A DNA stretch of 32,000 nt from Telmatocola sphagniphila (GTDB taxonomy: Bacteria > Planctomycetota > Planctomycetia > Gemmatales > Gemmataceae), in NCBI RefSeq assembly GCF_018398935.1, contig NZ_CP074694.1, positions 30,001-62,000 of the forward strand, read 5' to 3'. The position numbers and the translations under genes are program-made. Numbering within the stretch: position 1 is the stretch's first letter; each line of letters starts with the position of its first letter. The notes under the pieces were generated by a model, which made no database searches, was not told the origin of the DNA, and saw only the letters and a program-made list of their open reading frames with translations. Positions 1 through 7,995 of the stretch are shown in pieces.

Positions 1-1201
1 TGACGGCCGTGTGCTGATTGGGATCAATCAGATAACCGATTTCGTCAATGTGACCGGGTAAGCCCGTTCCCGCATCCGCACCCGTGGTTCGAATCGACCA
101 CTTGCGGCTATCCTGATTCAGAGCTTCCAGTGTGGGCAGTTGATCTTCCGGGGCATTGGCAATCACCAATAGCCGATTCACTTCGGCGACCTGGAACAAG
201 TTCACGGTGTTGTCAACGACCATCTCATCGACGTGCAGATTGCGTTCCACGATGATGCCGTCGAAGGGCGCTCGCAGCGTTACCCGGCCCCAAGGATTTT
301 CGCTCACCTTCACCTCGCCTTTGGCGTTTGTTTCGGCCTTCTCTCCTTTGACCCAACGCCCTTCCTTGGTCTTCAGCCAGGCGTTCTTATCGGCACTGAT
401 TTTCTTGGCTTCGGCTTGCAGGGCATCGATGTCTTCTTGAGGAATGTCCCAGGCTTCGAGATTGTTGAGTGCGCGGTTGATGGCGTTGCGATCGCCCTGT
501 ACGGCCCGAATCGCACCGAGCATGAAGACTTCGGGAACTGCTTCGCGATGCTCTTCGGATTGGTCGAGAATCTTCTGATCGAGTTCGAGTTGAACCAGGG
601 CATCCAGCAGATCGTTTTTCTTGGAGCCGACGTCGACGCTGTAGAAAACGCCGAGCACATCGCCTTTGCGAACGTGATCGCCCGGTCGAAGTTCGCGAAA
701 TTCTGTCTGGCCGGTCTTACGGTTGATGTCGGCCACCTGTCCGATTTCCACAACTCGGGCGGGAGCAAATCGGGCTCGAATACGAGCCAGTCGCGTAGGA
801 TCGAGTGCGGTGGAACCGGGCAGCACCAGGGGTTTCATCAGGGTGGGGGCCTTGGCCACCTCGATCATCTCCTTATTCCCTTTGCGTATTCCCAGCACAG
901 TGCGAACTTCCTCGGGGACTTCCAGGCTGTGCGGCCGGTCGGCGAACAAGGACACTCCCGTGGTGGGGGGCTCTGCCTCCGGTTTCTGTTTCGGCTCCAC
1001 TTTCTGTTTGGGTTCGCGGGCATGGAGGGGAATGCTCGGGAGTTGAATACCCAAGGAGAAGGCGAAAGCGCTTAGAACAACGCCGACCAGAATCAGGAAA
1101 AAGAATCCCTTGGCCAATCGCTGTCCCACAGCGAGTACAGGGGAACTTTGGGGAGCCGGAGCGATTTCCGGGCTGGGTGCGGGGGCGGGTGTCGCGGCCA
1201 T
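1..1201 (-). CDS. Efflux transporter periplasmic adaptor subunit (HlyD / membrane-fusion protein family); 3' end runs off the window
   Basis: This frame is not in the ORF track because it has no stop inside the window. I translated the minus strand by hand from the ATG at 1201-1199, and the frame stays open to position 1. The N-terminus is MAATPAPAPSPEIAPAPQ... followed by a membrane anchor (FFFLILVGVVLSAFAFSL). It contains typical MFP blocks (LRPGDHVRKGDVLGVFYS, coiled-coil region, GRVTLRAPFDGIIVERNLHVDEMV). GAGG lies about 6 nt upstream of the ATG. The listed + ORF 233..1075 is its antisense shadow. Confidence 0.85.
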   Translation of the reverse strand, partial: MAATPAPAPSPEIAPAPQSSPVLAVGQRLAKGFFFLILVGVVLSAFAFSLGIQLPSIPLHAREPKQKVEPKQKPEAEPPTTGVSLFADRPHSLEVPEEVRTVLGIRKGNKEMIEVAKAPTLMKPLVLPGSTALDPTRLARIRARFAPARVVEIGQVADINRKTGQTEFRELRPGDHVRKGDVLGVFYSVDVGSKKNDLLDALVQLELDQKILDQSEEHREAVPEVFMLGAIRAVQGDRNAINRALNNLEAWDIPQEDIDALQAEAKKISADKNAWLKTKEGRWVKGEKAETNAKGEVKVSENPWGRVTLRAPFDGIIVERNLHVDEMVVDNTVNLFQVAEVNRLLVIANAPEDQLPTLEALNQDSRKWSIRTTGADAGTGLPGHIDEIGYLIDPNQHTAV

Positions 1202-1415
1202 GGGAACCTCAATTCAGTTGGCTCGAGTAAGCGTGTATCTCTGCGCGAAGTCTCTCCGAGAACGCTCCCAGGAAGCACCTGAGGCGATCGGGAACAACGC
1301 GAAAGACGTCAAAATCAATCAGAGAGAATGCGAATGCCGGTGCGAACGATCCGATCTTTCTTCGTGAGAAGTTACTGATCAATAATCCGCGGGCATTTCA
1401 CGAAAAGTATGTAAG

Positions 1416-1430
1416 GCAAGTTTCGTGCCG
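1416..1430 (-). promoter_or_regulatory. Sigma-54 (-24/-12)-like promoter candidate upstream of the adaptor gene
   Basis: The minus strand reads CGGCACGAAACTTGC. GG and GC have the canonical spacing (GGCACG-N4-TTGC), but the first T of TGGCAC is a C. It lies about 200 nt upstream of the adaptor ATG at 1201. Confidence 0.35.
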
Positions 1431-1531
1431 AAGGCTGTGGTGAGCGGAAGGGCCACTATTTCTCGGTAAATTTGATCGAGTATGAGTATGAAAGGATTTT
1501 ATGCTGGCGGAATGTGGTCGCCGGGAAATCA

Positions 1532-1560
1532 GGGTTGTGAGCGCGTCCCGGTCACAACCC
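1532..1560 (-). terminator. Stem-loop immediately downstream of the beta-barrel gene
   Basis: A perfect 9-bp inverted repeat, GGGTTGTGA (1532-1540) / TCACAACCC (1552-1560), with an 11-nt loop. It starts about 10 nt after the stop at 1571 on the minus strand. The following T-tract is weak. Confidence 0.4.
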
Positions 1561-1570
1561 CTGAGGCAAA

Positions 1571-2683
1571 TTAGAAGTGCAATACGGCTTGAAGAACAAA
1601 CCCTTGATTGGCGAGGTCGCCGCGGGAGGAGCCATTAATCAGACTGCCGACACTCCACCAGTATTCGTACTCGTAGCCAGCAAACAGACTGAATCCGGGG
1701 TTACTGGGAGAGGTCCAGTTCAGACCCAGCTGCAGATTAAGGATCGGGACATCGGTACCATCGTGAGATCGGTTCAGAGCCCAGAGTAAGGGACCGCCCG
1801 ACCCGTTGGTGGACAAGGCGGAATAACCCTGAGTGATTTTGCCCAGGTCGGTTGTGAAGTCGAGACGGCCCAGCACCGAGAACCCTGTATCCCCGATTTT
1901 TCGACTCATTTCCAACCCGGCGTGGGGGCCGACGGCAAACAGGCTATTTGTTTCCTGCAGGGAGGCGATTCCGGAGCCAGCCGCCGCCTGATTGATGGGC
2001 TGATTGAATTGCGAATCGAGATAGAGCCAGAGTATGCGGGCTCCCACCGTCCACTTCATCTCCCACTGAGGCCAGAGAATGAACGCAAATTCTTTACTGG
2101 CGTAGTCGAGATCGATGATGTTGTAATTGAGTCTGCTACGAATCGACGCCGGGCCATCCAGGCCGAGAATGTTTTGGTTGCCCGAACTGGAGGTGCCGCG
2201 AAAGGCGACGATCAGATCGCCGTAGCCAGCAGGTAGTTGATAGCCCACGGAAACTTTGGGCGTGAGTGTCCAATCGAGTGGAGCCGAAGGGATCGCCACA
2301 TTCGTCGAGGTTCCATTGGCGAGCTGAGACGAGTTTTGAACCGGACTGTTGAGGCCATCCTTGAAGTGCGGTTTCATCACGCCCAGTTCCAGATTGGTGA
2401 ACCAGCCCGGCTGAGAGAACTGCGAGGGATCGAGGATCGGATCTTTTGTGAAGTAAGGCTCCTCCCAGAGATTACCTCTAACGGTGCCAGTTGGGGGTGC
2501 GGGAGCGAATAGTGAAGCAGGCAGTACCGGAACTTTCGGCATTTCCTGAAGGATCGTGCTGGAATCGGCCATGGTTGTCGGCGGCAAAGTGGTACTGTTG
2601 CTGGAGGGGGGCTGGGCCAGAGCCGGAGCGGACAGGAGGGCCGTCAGAGCAAGGGCCAGTAAAGGTTTACGAGTTTGATTCAT
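1571..2683 (-). CDS. Secreted outer-membrane beta-barrel (porin-like) protein
   Basis: ORF 1571..2785, with the probable start at the internal ATG at 2683 (MNQTRKPLLALALTALLSAPALAQ, a signal peptide; AGGAG lies 8 nt upstream). The sequence is Gly/Ser/Asn/aromatic-rich with an alternating pattern. The C-terminus ...GFVLQAVLHF ends in Phe, as is typical of OM beta-barrels. Confidence 0.7.
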   Translation of the reverse strand: MNQTRKPLLALALTALLSAPALAQPPSSNSTTLPPTTMADSSTILQEMPKVPVLPASLFAPAPPTGTVRGNLWEEPYFTKDPILDPSQFSQPGWFTNLELGVMKPHFKDGLNSPVQNSSQLANGTSTNVAIPSAPLDWTLTPKVSVGYQLPAGYGDLIVAFRGTSSSGNQNILGLDGPASIRSRLNYNIIDLDYASKEFAFILWPQWEMKWTVGARILWLYLDSQFNQPINQAAAGSGIASLQETNSLFAVGPHAGLEMSRKIGDTGFSVLGRLDFTTDLGKITQGYSALSTNGSGGPLLWALNRSHDGTDVPILNLQLGLNWTSPSNPGFSLFAGYEYEYWWSVGSLINGSSRGDLANQGFVLQAVLHF

Positions 2684-2818
2684 GTCTAGCTCCTGAAATA
2701 GCAACCGCATCCAACGGTTCGAGCCTTTTCTGACCATACCGGCGATTCTGTGAAGTACATCAACGCCAACGAATTTTGATTCCAATCCAGCCGCAATCGA
2801 AAAAATCGGTTCCCCTCG

Positions 2819-4744
2819 CTATTGTCGAGGCACTGCCACCGAAGGCGACACACTATTATCCATTCTCGCGCTCGGAAGGGCGGGAGAAACACTCACCGGT
2901 GCGGGAGTGACAGTCCCAGCTAGGGGAGGCGTGGAACTCACGATAGGTACCAACGGCTGCGAAGCGGTTACCGCTGTCCTGGTATTCGTCGCTGAAAGCG
3001 GGGTCGAGCAGGAAGCGCAGGGTGTTGAACTCGCGGTCGGCACCGGCTGCGGGTGCGGGCAGGACCAAGGTTCGCTGCTGAAATTGGGCAACTCGGGCAA
3101 GTCTTTGGATGTTCCCAGTTGGTAAAGATCATCCGTTTGCAGGTAGTCGGCCACATTGACAACCGAAGTCCAGAGTTGGCCGAGGACACCCAGGTACGCG
3201 GTGACGGTGCTGGTCAAATTCTGCTGGGCGTTGACTATATCACCGAAGGAAGCGTTAGGATCAATCTTTCGGCGTTCAAACACACCCCGATAGTAACGAA
3301 CTTGATCCGGAAGAATATCGCGCCGATAATATTCGACCGCATCCAGATTGGTTTGGTAGGCCGCGTACGCACTGGCTAGACCGTTGATCAAGTTGACTTC
3401 GACACGATGCGGCTCTTCGCTGGCTCGGACGACGCCTGCGGTGGCAGCTCGGATATTTCCTTTGTTCAAATCCCAGACCGGCAGGGGCACGCTGACCGAG
3501 AAAGTGTGGAACGTATTGAACGGGGCAAGAGTAAAATCATGCAGCAAATCGGCTCGGACTTCCACATCGGGGACCGGCGTCACCTGGGCCGATTTCAATT
3601 GAAAGAGACTTTTTTCTCGAGTGTTGCGGGCAACGAGAACATCGGTATGCTGTTTCAGCACAATCGCTTTGATTTTGTCGTAATCGTAATAGGGAATCGC
3701 GCGGTCGATACGTCCTTCAACGGTGCTAAGAGGTAGTTGGGGCAGACCAATGGTCGCCACCAGTTGCTTCCAGGCATAGGCGTAATTCACAATGGATTGT
3801 TTGTAAGCCAATCGAATGGTAAACGCTTGAGCCCGCAGAGCGGCCGGTTCGTGGCTGGCCGCCTGCCCCGCCGCCAGTAGTTCGGCCTGCAAGCGGAAAA
3901 TCTCGTCGGTGAACTTCGCCAGGGTGCGGTTGATGCGAACCGTTTCCTGGGCCACGAGGTAGGCATAGTAGGCCGTGCGGACTTGAGTTGCCAGGTCGCT
4001 GCGAGCCCGCTTGTAGGCCAGTTCCGCATTCTTCAAATCCATCTGCGCGGCGGCCGCCTGCAATTTTAATTTTCCGCCCGTTTTGATCACTTGATCGACG
4101 TAGACGCCTTGGGCACCGGGTGAAGTCAAATTGCCGTTCGGAGTCGCTTCGTAGCCAACGGTCGGATTCGGGTAAGCACTGGCCTGCTGATAGTTCCCCT
4201 TGGCCGCTTCGACGTCGGAAGCCACTTGGCGAAGCACCGGATTATTGGCGGCGGCCAGCTGCTGCAGATCGCTGAGCGTGTAGGGCTTGCCATTCGGGCC
4301 AGGCACAGGCTGGGGTTCTTCGGGCAAGGCCTTCAATTCCGGGAAGAGATTCATCACGGCCTTATCCCGCTCCGCCTTGTCGGCTGGCAATTTCACCAGC
4401 GGTGCTTCCGCTCCCGGGATGCTATCCGGAATATGCAGCTCGAACTTTCGCAAAGTTTGAGAAGGCTGGGAAGTTTGCGTTGTGTTCGGAGTGTAGCTGG
4501 CTTGTTGAATTCCAGAGATCGTCGGATCACTACTCTGAGAAATCAGGCTGACTTTGGGTGTTGCGGGAACATCGGGAACGGCTGGCAGTTTGTTGGGAGT
4601 CGGATCTGCAACGGGTGTGGGAGCCACATCGAACGGCTTGGAAGCGTAGATCGATAGAGATTGGTCCACCGAATCCATGCGAGGAGCTTGGCAACCGCTA
4701 CTGTAGAGCATGCAGCAAAGCAATAATATCCAACGCGCTGGCAT
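2819..4744 (-). CDS. TolC-family outer membrane efflux protein, lipoprotein type, with long low-complexity extensions
   Basis: ORF 2819..4822, with the probable start at ATG 4744 (MPARWILLLCCMLYSSGC, lipobox-like; GGGGGAG upstream). The core has TolC/OEP repeat signatures (LQQLAAANNPVLRQ, AELAYKRARSDLATQVRTAYYAYLVAQETVRINR, LDAVEYYRRDILPDQVRYYRGV). There is a Pro/Thr/Ser-rich stretch of about 150 aa after the lipobox and a Pro/Ser/Thr/Val-rich tail of about 110 aa. Confidence 0.85.
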   Translation of the reverse strand: MPARWILLLCCMLYSSGCQAPRMDSVDQSLSIYASKPFDVAPTPVADPTPNKLPAVPDVPATPKVSLISQSSDPTISGIQQASYTPNTTQTSQPSQTLRKFELHIPDSIPGAEAPLVKLPADKAERDKAVMNLFPELKALPEEPQPVPGPNGKPYTLSDLQQLAAANNPVLRQVASDVEAAKGNYQQASAYPNPTVGYEATPNGNLTSPGAQGVYVDQVIKTGGKLKLQAAAAQMDLKNAELAYKRARSDLATQVRTAYYAYLVAQETVRINRTLAKFTDEIFRLQAELLAAGQAASHEPAALRAQAFTIRLAYKQSIVNYAYAWKQLVATIGLPQLPLSTVEGRIDRAIPYYDYDKIKAIVLKQHTDVLVARNTREKSLFQLKSAQVTPVPDVEVRADLLHDFTLAPFNTFHTFSVSVPLPVWDLNKGNIRAATAGVVRASEEPHRVEVNLINGLASAYAAYQTNLDAVEYYRRDILPDQVRYYRGVFERRKIDPNASFGDIVNAQQNLTSTVTAYLGVLGQLWTSVVNVADYLQTDDLYQLGTSKDLPELPNFSSEPWSCPHPQPVPTASSTPCASCSTPLSATNTRTAVTASQPLVPIVSSTPPLAGTVTPAPVSVSPALPSARMDNSVSPSVAVPRQ

Positions 4745-5011
4745 GACTGTCTCCCCCATCGAGACACAATCGGAGCACAACCCGATAAGACGAGCTGTCT
4801 CCGATCTAATGAATGTGGGCAAAAGTTAAGTTCTTTATCGACTAGATCGGGGGGAAGCTTCATTATTTTCGATTTTTCCAAATTTATTTAAAGTTTTGAA
4901 CTTCTGTTTGGGCAGTTCCTGCTCACGAACTGGCTAGATTTCGTTCATAAGCCTTTCCTGATGCATGCCGGCTGAAGTGCCGAGGGCCCGTGAGAACGTC
5001 CCTCTTTTGCA

Positions 5012-5027
5012 TGGCACGCTAATTGCA
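5012..5027 (+). promoter_or_regulatory. Sigma-54 (-24/-12) promoter upstream of the response regulator
   Basis: TGGCACGCTAATTGCA matches the TGGCACG-N4-TTGCW consensus at every conserved position. It is embedded in an 8-bp inverted repeat, CTTTTGCA (5004-5011) / TGCAAAAG (5024-5031). It is oriented toward the ATG at 5204. Confidence 0.55.
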
Positions 5028-5088
5028 AAAGTTCCCCTGAAGCATTGAACTCGTGAAATTCCCACGATGAATCTCCCGTAGTTGCCGG

Positions 5089-5115
5089 GAAAGAATGGCC
5101 GGCACGCATTCTTTC
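5089..5115 (+). promoter_or_regulatory. Leader-region hairpin between the sigma-54 promoter and the response-regulator start
   Basis: A perfect 9-bp inverted repeat, GAAAGAATG (5089-5097) / CATTCTTTC (5107-5115), with a 9-nt GC-rich loop. Its function is unknown. Confidence 0.3.
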
Positions 5116-5203
5116 AGGAAGCGATCTTGTGATCGTTTGCTGTTCTTTATGGCCGGGAAACAGTCAGGCTCGGATGCGAGAACCCATTGTCCAAGAGAAA
5201 ACT

Positions 5204-5830
5204 ATGCCGAAACTGCTAGTCGTGGATAACGAACCCGAGCTACTTCATTCCATCGAGCAAGCCCTTCGATCGGAAAATCTCGATGTAGTCGGGGTGAGAA
5301 GTGGTCAAGAGGCATTTGAAATCCTCAGACGATTGCAACCCGACGTGGTTATGATCGACGTGCAATTGAAGGATGTTTCAGGCCTGGATCTTTTCGAATG
5401 GATTAAAGATCTCTACCCACGTCTTCCCGTTGTATTCCTTACTAATCAGGCCGATGCGGAAACGGCGATAGAAGTCATGAAGCGAGGTGCTTACGAGTAT
5501 CTCGTAAAACCTCTCGATTTTGCTCTTCTACAGGATATTCTGCAACGCGCACTCGAACTTCATCGACCGTCGGCTATGCCGATTGTTGAAAAGAAGTTAT
5601 CCTCTTTCTCCAATCGCTTTACCGATGTTATGGCTCGTACGACGAAGCTGTTGCAGGCCCGCGAACCGAATATTTACCGCTCCGTGACGGATGAGGTAGA
5701 TCGGGCAATTCTGGAGGTGGTGCTGAATCATGTTAATGGAAATCAGTTACAGGCGAGTGAATTGCTGGGGATCTCCCGAACCACATTGCGTTTGAAGCTT
5801 CGGAGTCTAGGCATCTGCAAGTTCGAGTAG
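5204..5830 (+). CDS. Response regulator: receiver domain plus C-terminal Fis-type HTH, with no sigma-54-activating AAA+ module
   Basis: ORF 5129..5830. The ATG at 5204 gives MPKLLVVDNEPELL..., which is typical receiver architecture (DVVMIDVQL phospho-acceptor region, YEYLVKPLD). The C-terminus GNQLQASELLGISRTTLRLKLRSLGI is a Fis/NtrC-type HTH. Only about 70 aa separate the two domains, so there is no room for an AAA+ domain. Confidence 0.85.
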   Translation: MPKLLVVDNEPELLHSIEQALRSENLDVVGVRSGQEAFEILRRLQPDVVMIDVQLKDVSGLDLFEWIKDLYPRLPVVFLTNQADAETAIEVMKRGAYEYLVKPLDFALLQDILQRALELHRPSAMPIVEKKLSSFSNRFTDVMARTTKLLQAREPNIYRSVTDEVDRAILEVVLNHVNGNQLQASELLGISRTTLRLKLRSLGICKFE

Positions 5831-5867
5831 TAGCGGTAATTGTTTCGCTGGAAGTACTAAAGTACTT

Positions 5868-6881
5868 TTGGCAGATGGCCAAACGAACACAATTGAGCGG
5901 ATTGACTTCCAAGATCGCGTTAAAACTTGGCTTCCGGGCGAAACAGGATATTTAAGTAGCCTGTGTATTCAGAATACGATTTTTGACCCGTCTTCGCATC
6001 GAATAGTTTGGCTTGCTCAAGAATCTGAATCTCAATATCTCGAGGTCGGGTTGCTTCGTTCGCTGGAGTGGATGTCAGAGCAAAGAATCTCGTCAGCAGG
6101 TGATCGAACCGTTCTGGATCTGCCAGAGATGGGTGCTGAAGGCGAGTTTCAGGTAGCTTCGATCGATCCTTGTCCGATAACGGAAGGAGAACATGGAAGG
6201 CGGGTCACGGGCATCTTCAGACATCGTCGAGGCTTGGTGTACGACTTATCCATCACAGGTACTAGCGATTTGGTGGGAGTTACTCGTTTGCATCCGATTT
6301 GGAGCGTTGATCGGGAAGATTGGATTGCGATGAAAGACCTGCTTGTCGGAGAGCGATTGTTGACTTCGACTGGAACAGCAACAGTTCTTGATCTAGTTGA
6401 ACGAGGCGAAGAGCCGGTGTTCAACCTCGAAGTGGACGCCGACCACTGCTACCGGGTCGGGGAGCAAGGCATCCTGGTGCATAATGCGTCGGACCCGTGC
6501 TGCCGGATAGATGACGGCACCGGCACTCCTGGTCCCTATGCTGCACTCGAAAATACAGATGACCCAGACATTAAGGTGACAGCCTCACGAATGTTTGATC
6601 CGAGGCAGAAGGTCAAGATTCTAAACGCCAATGAAATGCGAAACGGAGGGATGCTTCGTTCTGACGACCCGGCTGATCCTGCTCCCTTGCTGGTGCGGCC
6701 CATACCGGTCAATCCACAGACATTCCCGAAACCGAGCAAACCACGGGACGCGAATGGGTTCCTCAATGAGGCGCAGGTAGACCACATTAACCCATTCGTC
6801 GTCGGGGGATCGAACAGCTACTGCAATGCCAGGCTGATCTCTCAAGAGTTGAACATCAGGAAGCGGCACGGAAAGGCATAA
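5868..6881 (+). CDS. Hint (pre-toxin HINT-like) domain fused to a C-terminal HNH-type nuclease domain; probably a 5'-truncated orphan polymorphic-toxin cassette
   Basis: The reading frame is open from 5811, after an in-frame TAG at 5808-5810. The Hint N-terminal block CFAGSTKVLLADGQTNTIERI has its Cys codon at 5841-5843, upstream of the only start-like codon (TTG 5868). The Hint C-terminal block is VFNLEVDADHCYRVGEQGILVHN (HN at 6480-6485). The C-terminal VDHINPFVVGGSNSYCNARLISQELNIRK is an HNH-like motif (about 6780-6866). Confidence 0.75.
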   Translation: MADGQTNTIERIDFQDRVKTWLPGETGYLSSLCIQNTIFDPSSHRIVWLAQESESQYLEVGLLRSLEWMSEQRISSAGDRTVLDLPEMGAEGEFQVASIDPCPITEGEHGRRVTGIFRHRRGLVYDLSITGTSDLVGVTRLHPIWSVDREDWIAMKDLLVGERLLTSTGTATVLDLVERGEEPVFNLEVDADHCYRVGEQGILVHNASDPCCRIDDGTGTPGPYAALENTDDPDIKVTASRMFDPRQKVKILNANEMRNGGMLRSDDPADPAPLLVRPIPVNPQTFPKPSKPRDANGFLNEAQVDHINPFVVGGSNSYCNARLISQELNIRKRHGKA

Positions 6882-6884
6882 ATT

Positions 6885-7592
6885 ATGACTGATTCAGACG
6901 ACTTCCCTTCGGTGTTCGCTCTATGGAGAGGAGCCATACTTGGTGGGATCATTAACGCCGTAATGACCACAGAAGACACATCGTTCGCTCCATTCCGACA
7001 GTGGATTCGGAACCACTATGTTGTGAATGGTGGCAATGGGCAAGAAGGCGTGATCTCGTTTTCGGGGGGACACTGGTATAGTGAAGGTCCTTTAGTGGGA
7101 GTATTTTTCTCGCCCCGTAGCAGTAGAAACCCACTTCTTGAACACCAAGAGTGGAAGGCAGATCAGGCTTTCGTCGGCGCGACCACTTACCAAAGAGATC
7201 TTGCCGACCAAGCCGCGATGACATTCCTTGAATTGGAAGACGGCGGCGAGAGAGTCCAGCGTGTCACAACTGCATTTTGGGACAAAGGTGGCCGATTGGC
7301 GGCTTCGGACACTTGGGAATTGACGCAAGAGCATGGAGCGGAGTTGATTCTGGATGAAATCATGGCCCCTTCCGATCTGGCTATGAATCGGTGGAGACTT
7401 GCCTATGAAATGAACGACGATCAGATCGATTTTTCTACAACACTTTTCTCTCGAAAGCTTGATCGCCCTCCTGCGAGGCTAATACTTTCCTCGACGGAAG
7501 CCAAGTGGCTTCGCACTCAATCGAAAGATTCGCAAGCGTTCGACTTGTGCTGCCAGATGCTGAAGGAAATGGATATTATCGTACTGCCGTAG
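6885..7592 (+). CDS. Hypothetical protein; putative cognate immunity protein of the upstream HNH toxin domain
   Basis: A 235-aa ORF that starts 3 nt after the toxin stop (TAA att ATG) on the same strand, with normal composition. It has no recognisable motif. The immunity role is inferred from position only. Confidence 0.6.
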   Translation: MTDSDDFPSVFALWRGAILGGIINAVMTTEDTSFAPFRQWIRNHYVVNGGNGQEGVISFSGGHWYSEGPLVGVFFSPRSSRNPLLEHQEWKADQAFVGATTYQRDLADQAAMTFLELEDGGERVQRVTTAFWDKGGRLAASDTWELTQEHGAELILDEIMAPSDLAMNRWRLAYEMNDDQIDFSTTLFSRKLDRPPARLILSSTEAKWLRTQSKDSQAFDLCCQMLKEMDIIVLP

Positions 7593-7995
7593 ATTGATAC
7601 ATGATCGCCCAGTACAAAAATTAATCCCGAGCAAGCTGTGACCGGAGTTCGGCTTGCGGTTCCCGTGATCGGCATCGAGCGAACGAAGAAGCCCGGCAGC
7701 CGCACACTGCCGGGCTGTATCTGTGTCGATCAGCCCGCCAACCACTTGGAACGCCAGCACTTCCGCTCGCCTCGCTCGCACGATTGGGAGCGTCGTGGGA
7801 ATCGCCTGACAACGTGACCAGCACCCTTATCGACCACTCCGACTGCCTACGGCGAGTTGCAGAAGTCGTGTGCCAAAGTGCCAATCATCGAAATCGAAGT
7901 GCTAAATCTTCCGAAGGGACTCCTGCCGGGCTTGGGCCTCCTCACCTTTGCGTTCCCTTCTTTTCAAGGGACTCCAACTGCGAACTCGTCCAGGC

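Noticed and set aside
75-100. GGTTCGAATC, a tRNA T-arm-like string; I also made a general search for tRNA, rRNA and CRISPR repeats
   Set aside because: The string lies inside the adaptor coding frame with no cloverleaf context. No intergenic region shows tRNA-like structure. The only repeated units in the window are the 677-bp element copies, which are far too long and irregularly spaced for a CRISPR array.
233-1075. A 280-aa plus-strand ORF, with several overlapping ORFs at 156-1278
   Set aside because: The translation is low-complexity and unlike any protein. The opposite strand gives a clean HlyD-family adaptor sequence over the same span, so these are antisense shadows in GC-rich coding DNA.
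2684-2785. Extended N-termini suggested by the ORF track (2785, 4822, 5129, 17895, 26244, 31149)
   Set aside because: In each case an internal ATG is immediately followed by a signal peptide, lipobox or domain start. The extension either lacks protein character or overlaps the neighbouring gene, as 26244 does with 26118..27020.
5098-5115. A second GGCACG motif (GGCACGCATTCTTTC) in the regulator leader, considered as another sigma-54 site
   Set aside because: The -12 element lacks the invariant GC at the required spacing. The sequence is better explained as the loop and 3' arm of the leader hairpin.
7593-7995. A possible remnant of a transposase HTH on the minus strand (…RRAEVLAFQVVGGLIDTDTARQCAAAGLLRSLDADHGNRKP…)
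   Set aside because: The resemblance to IS481-type N-termini is vague, there is no start, and the frame continues antisense into the immunity-like gene. It is left unannotated.
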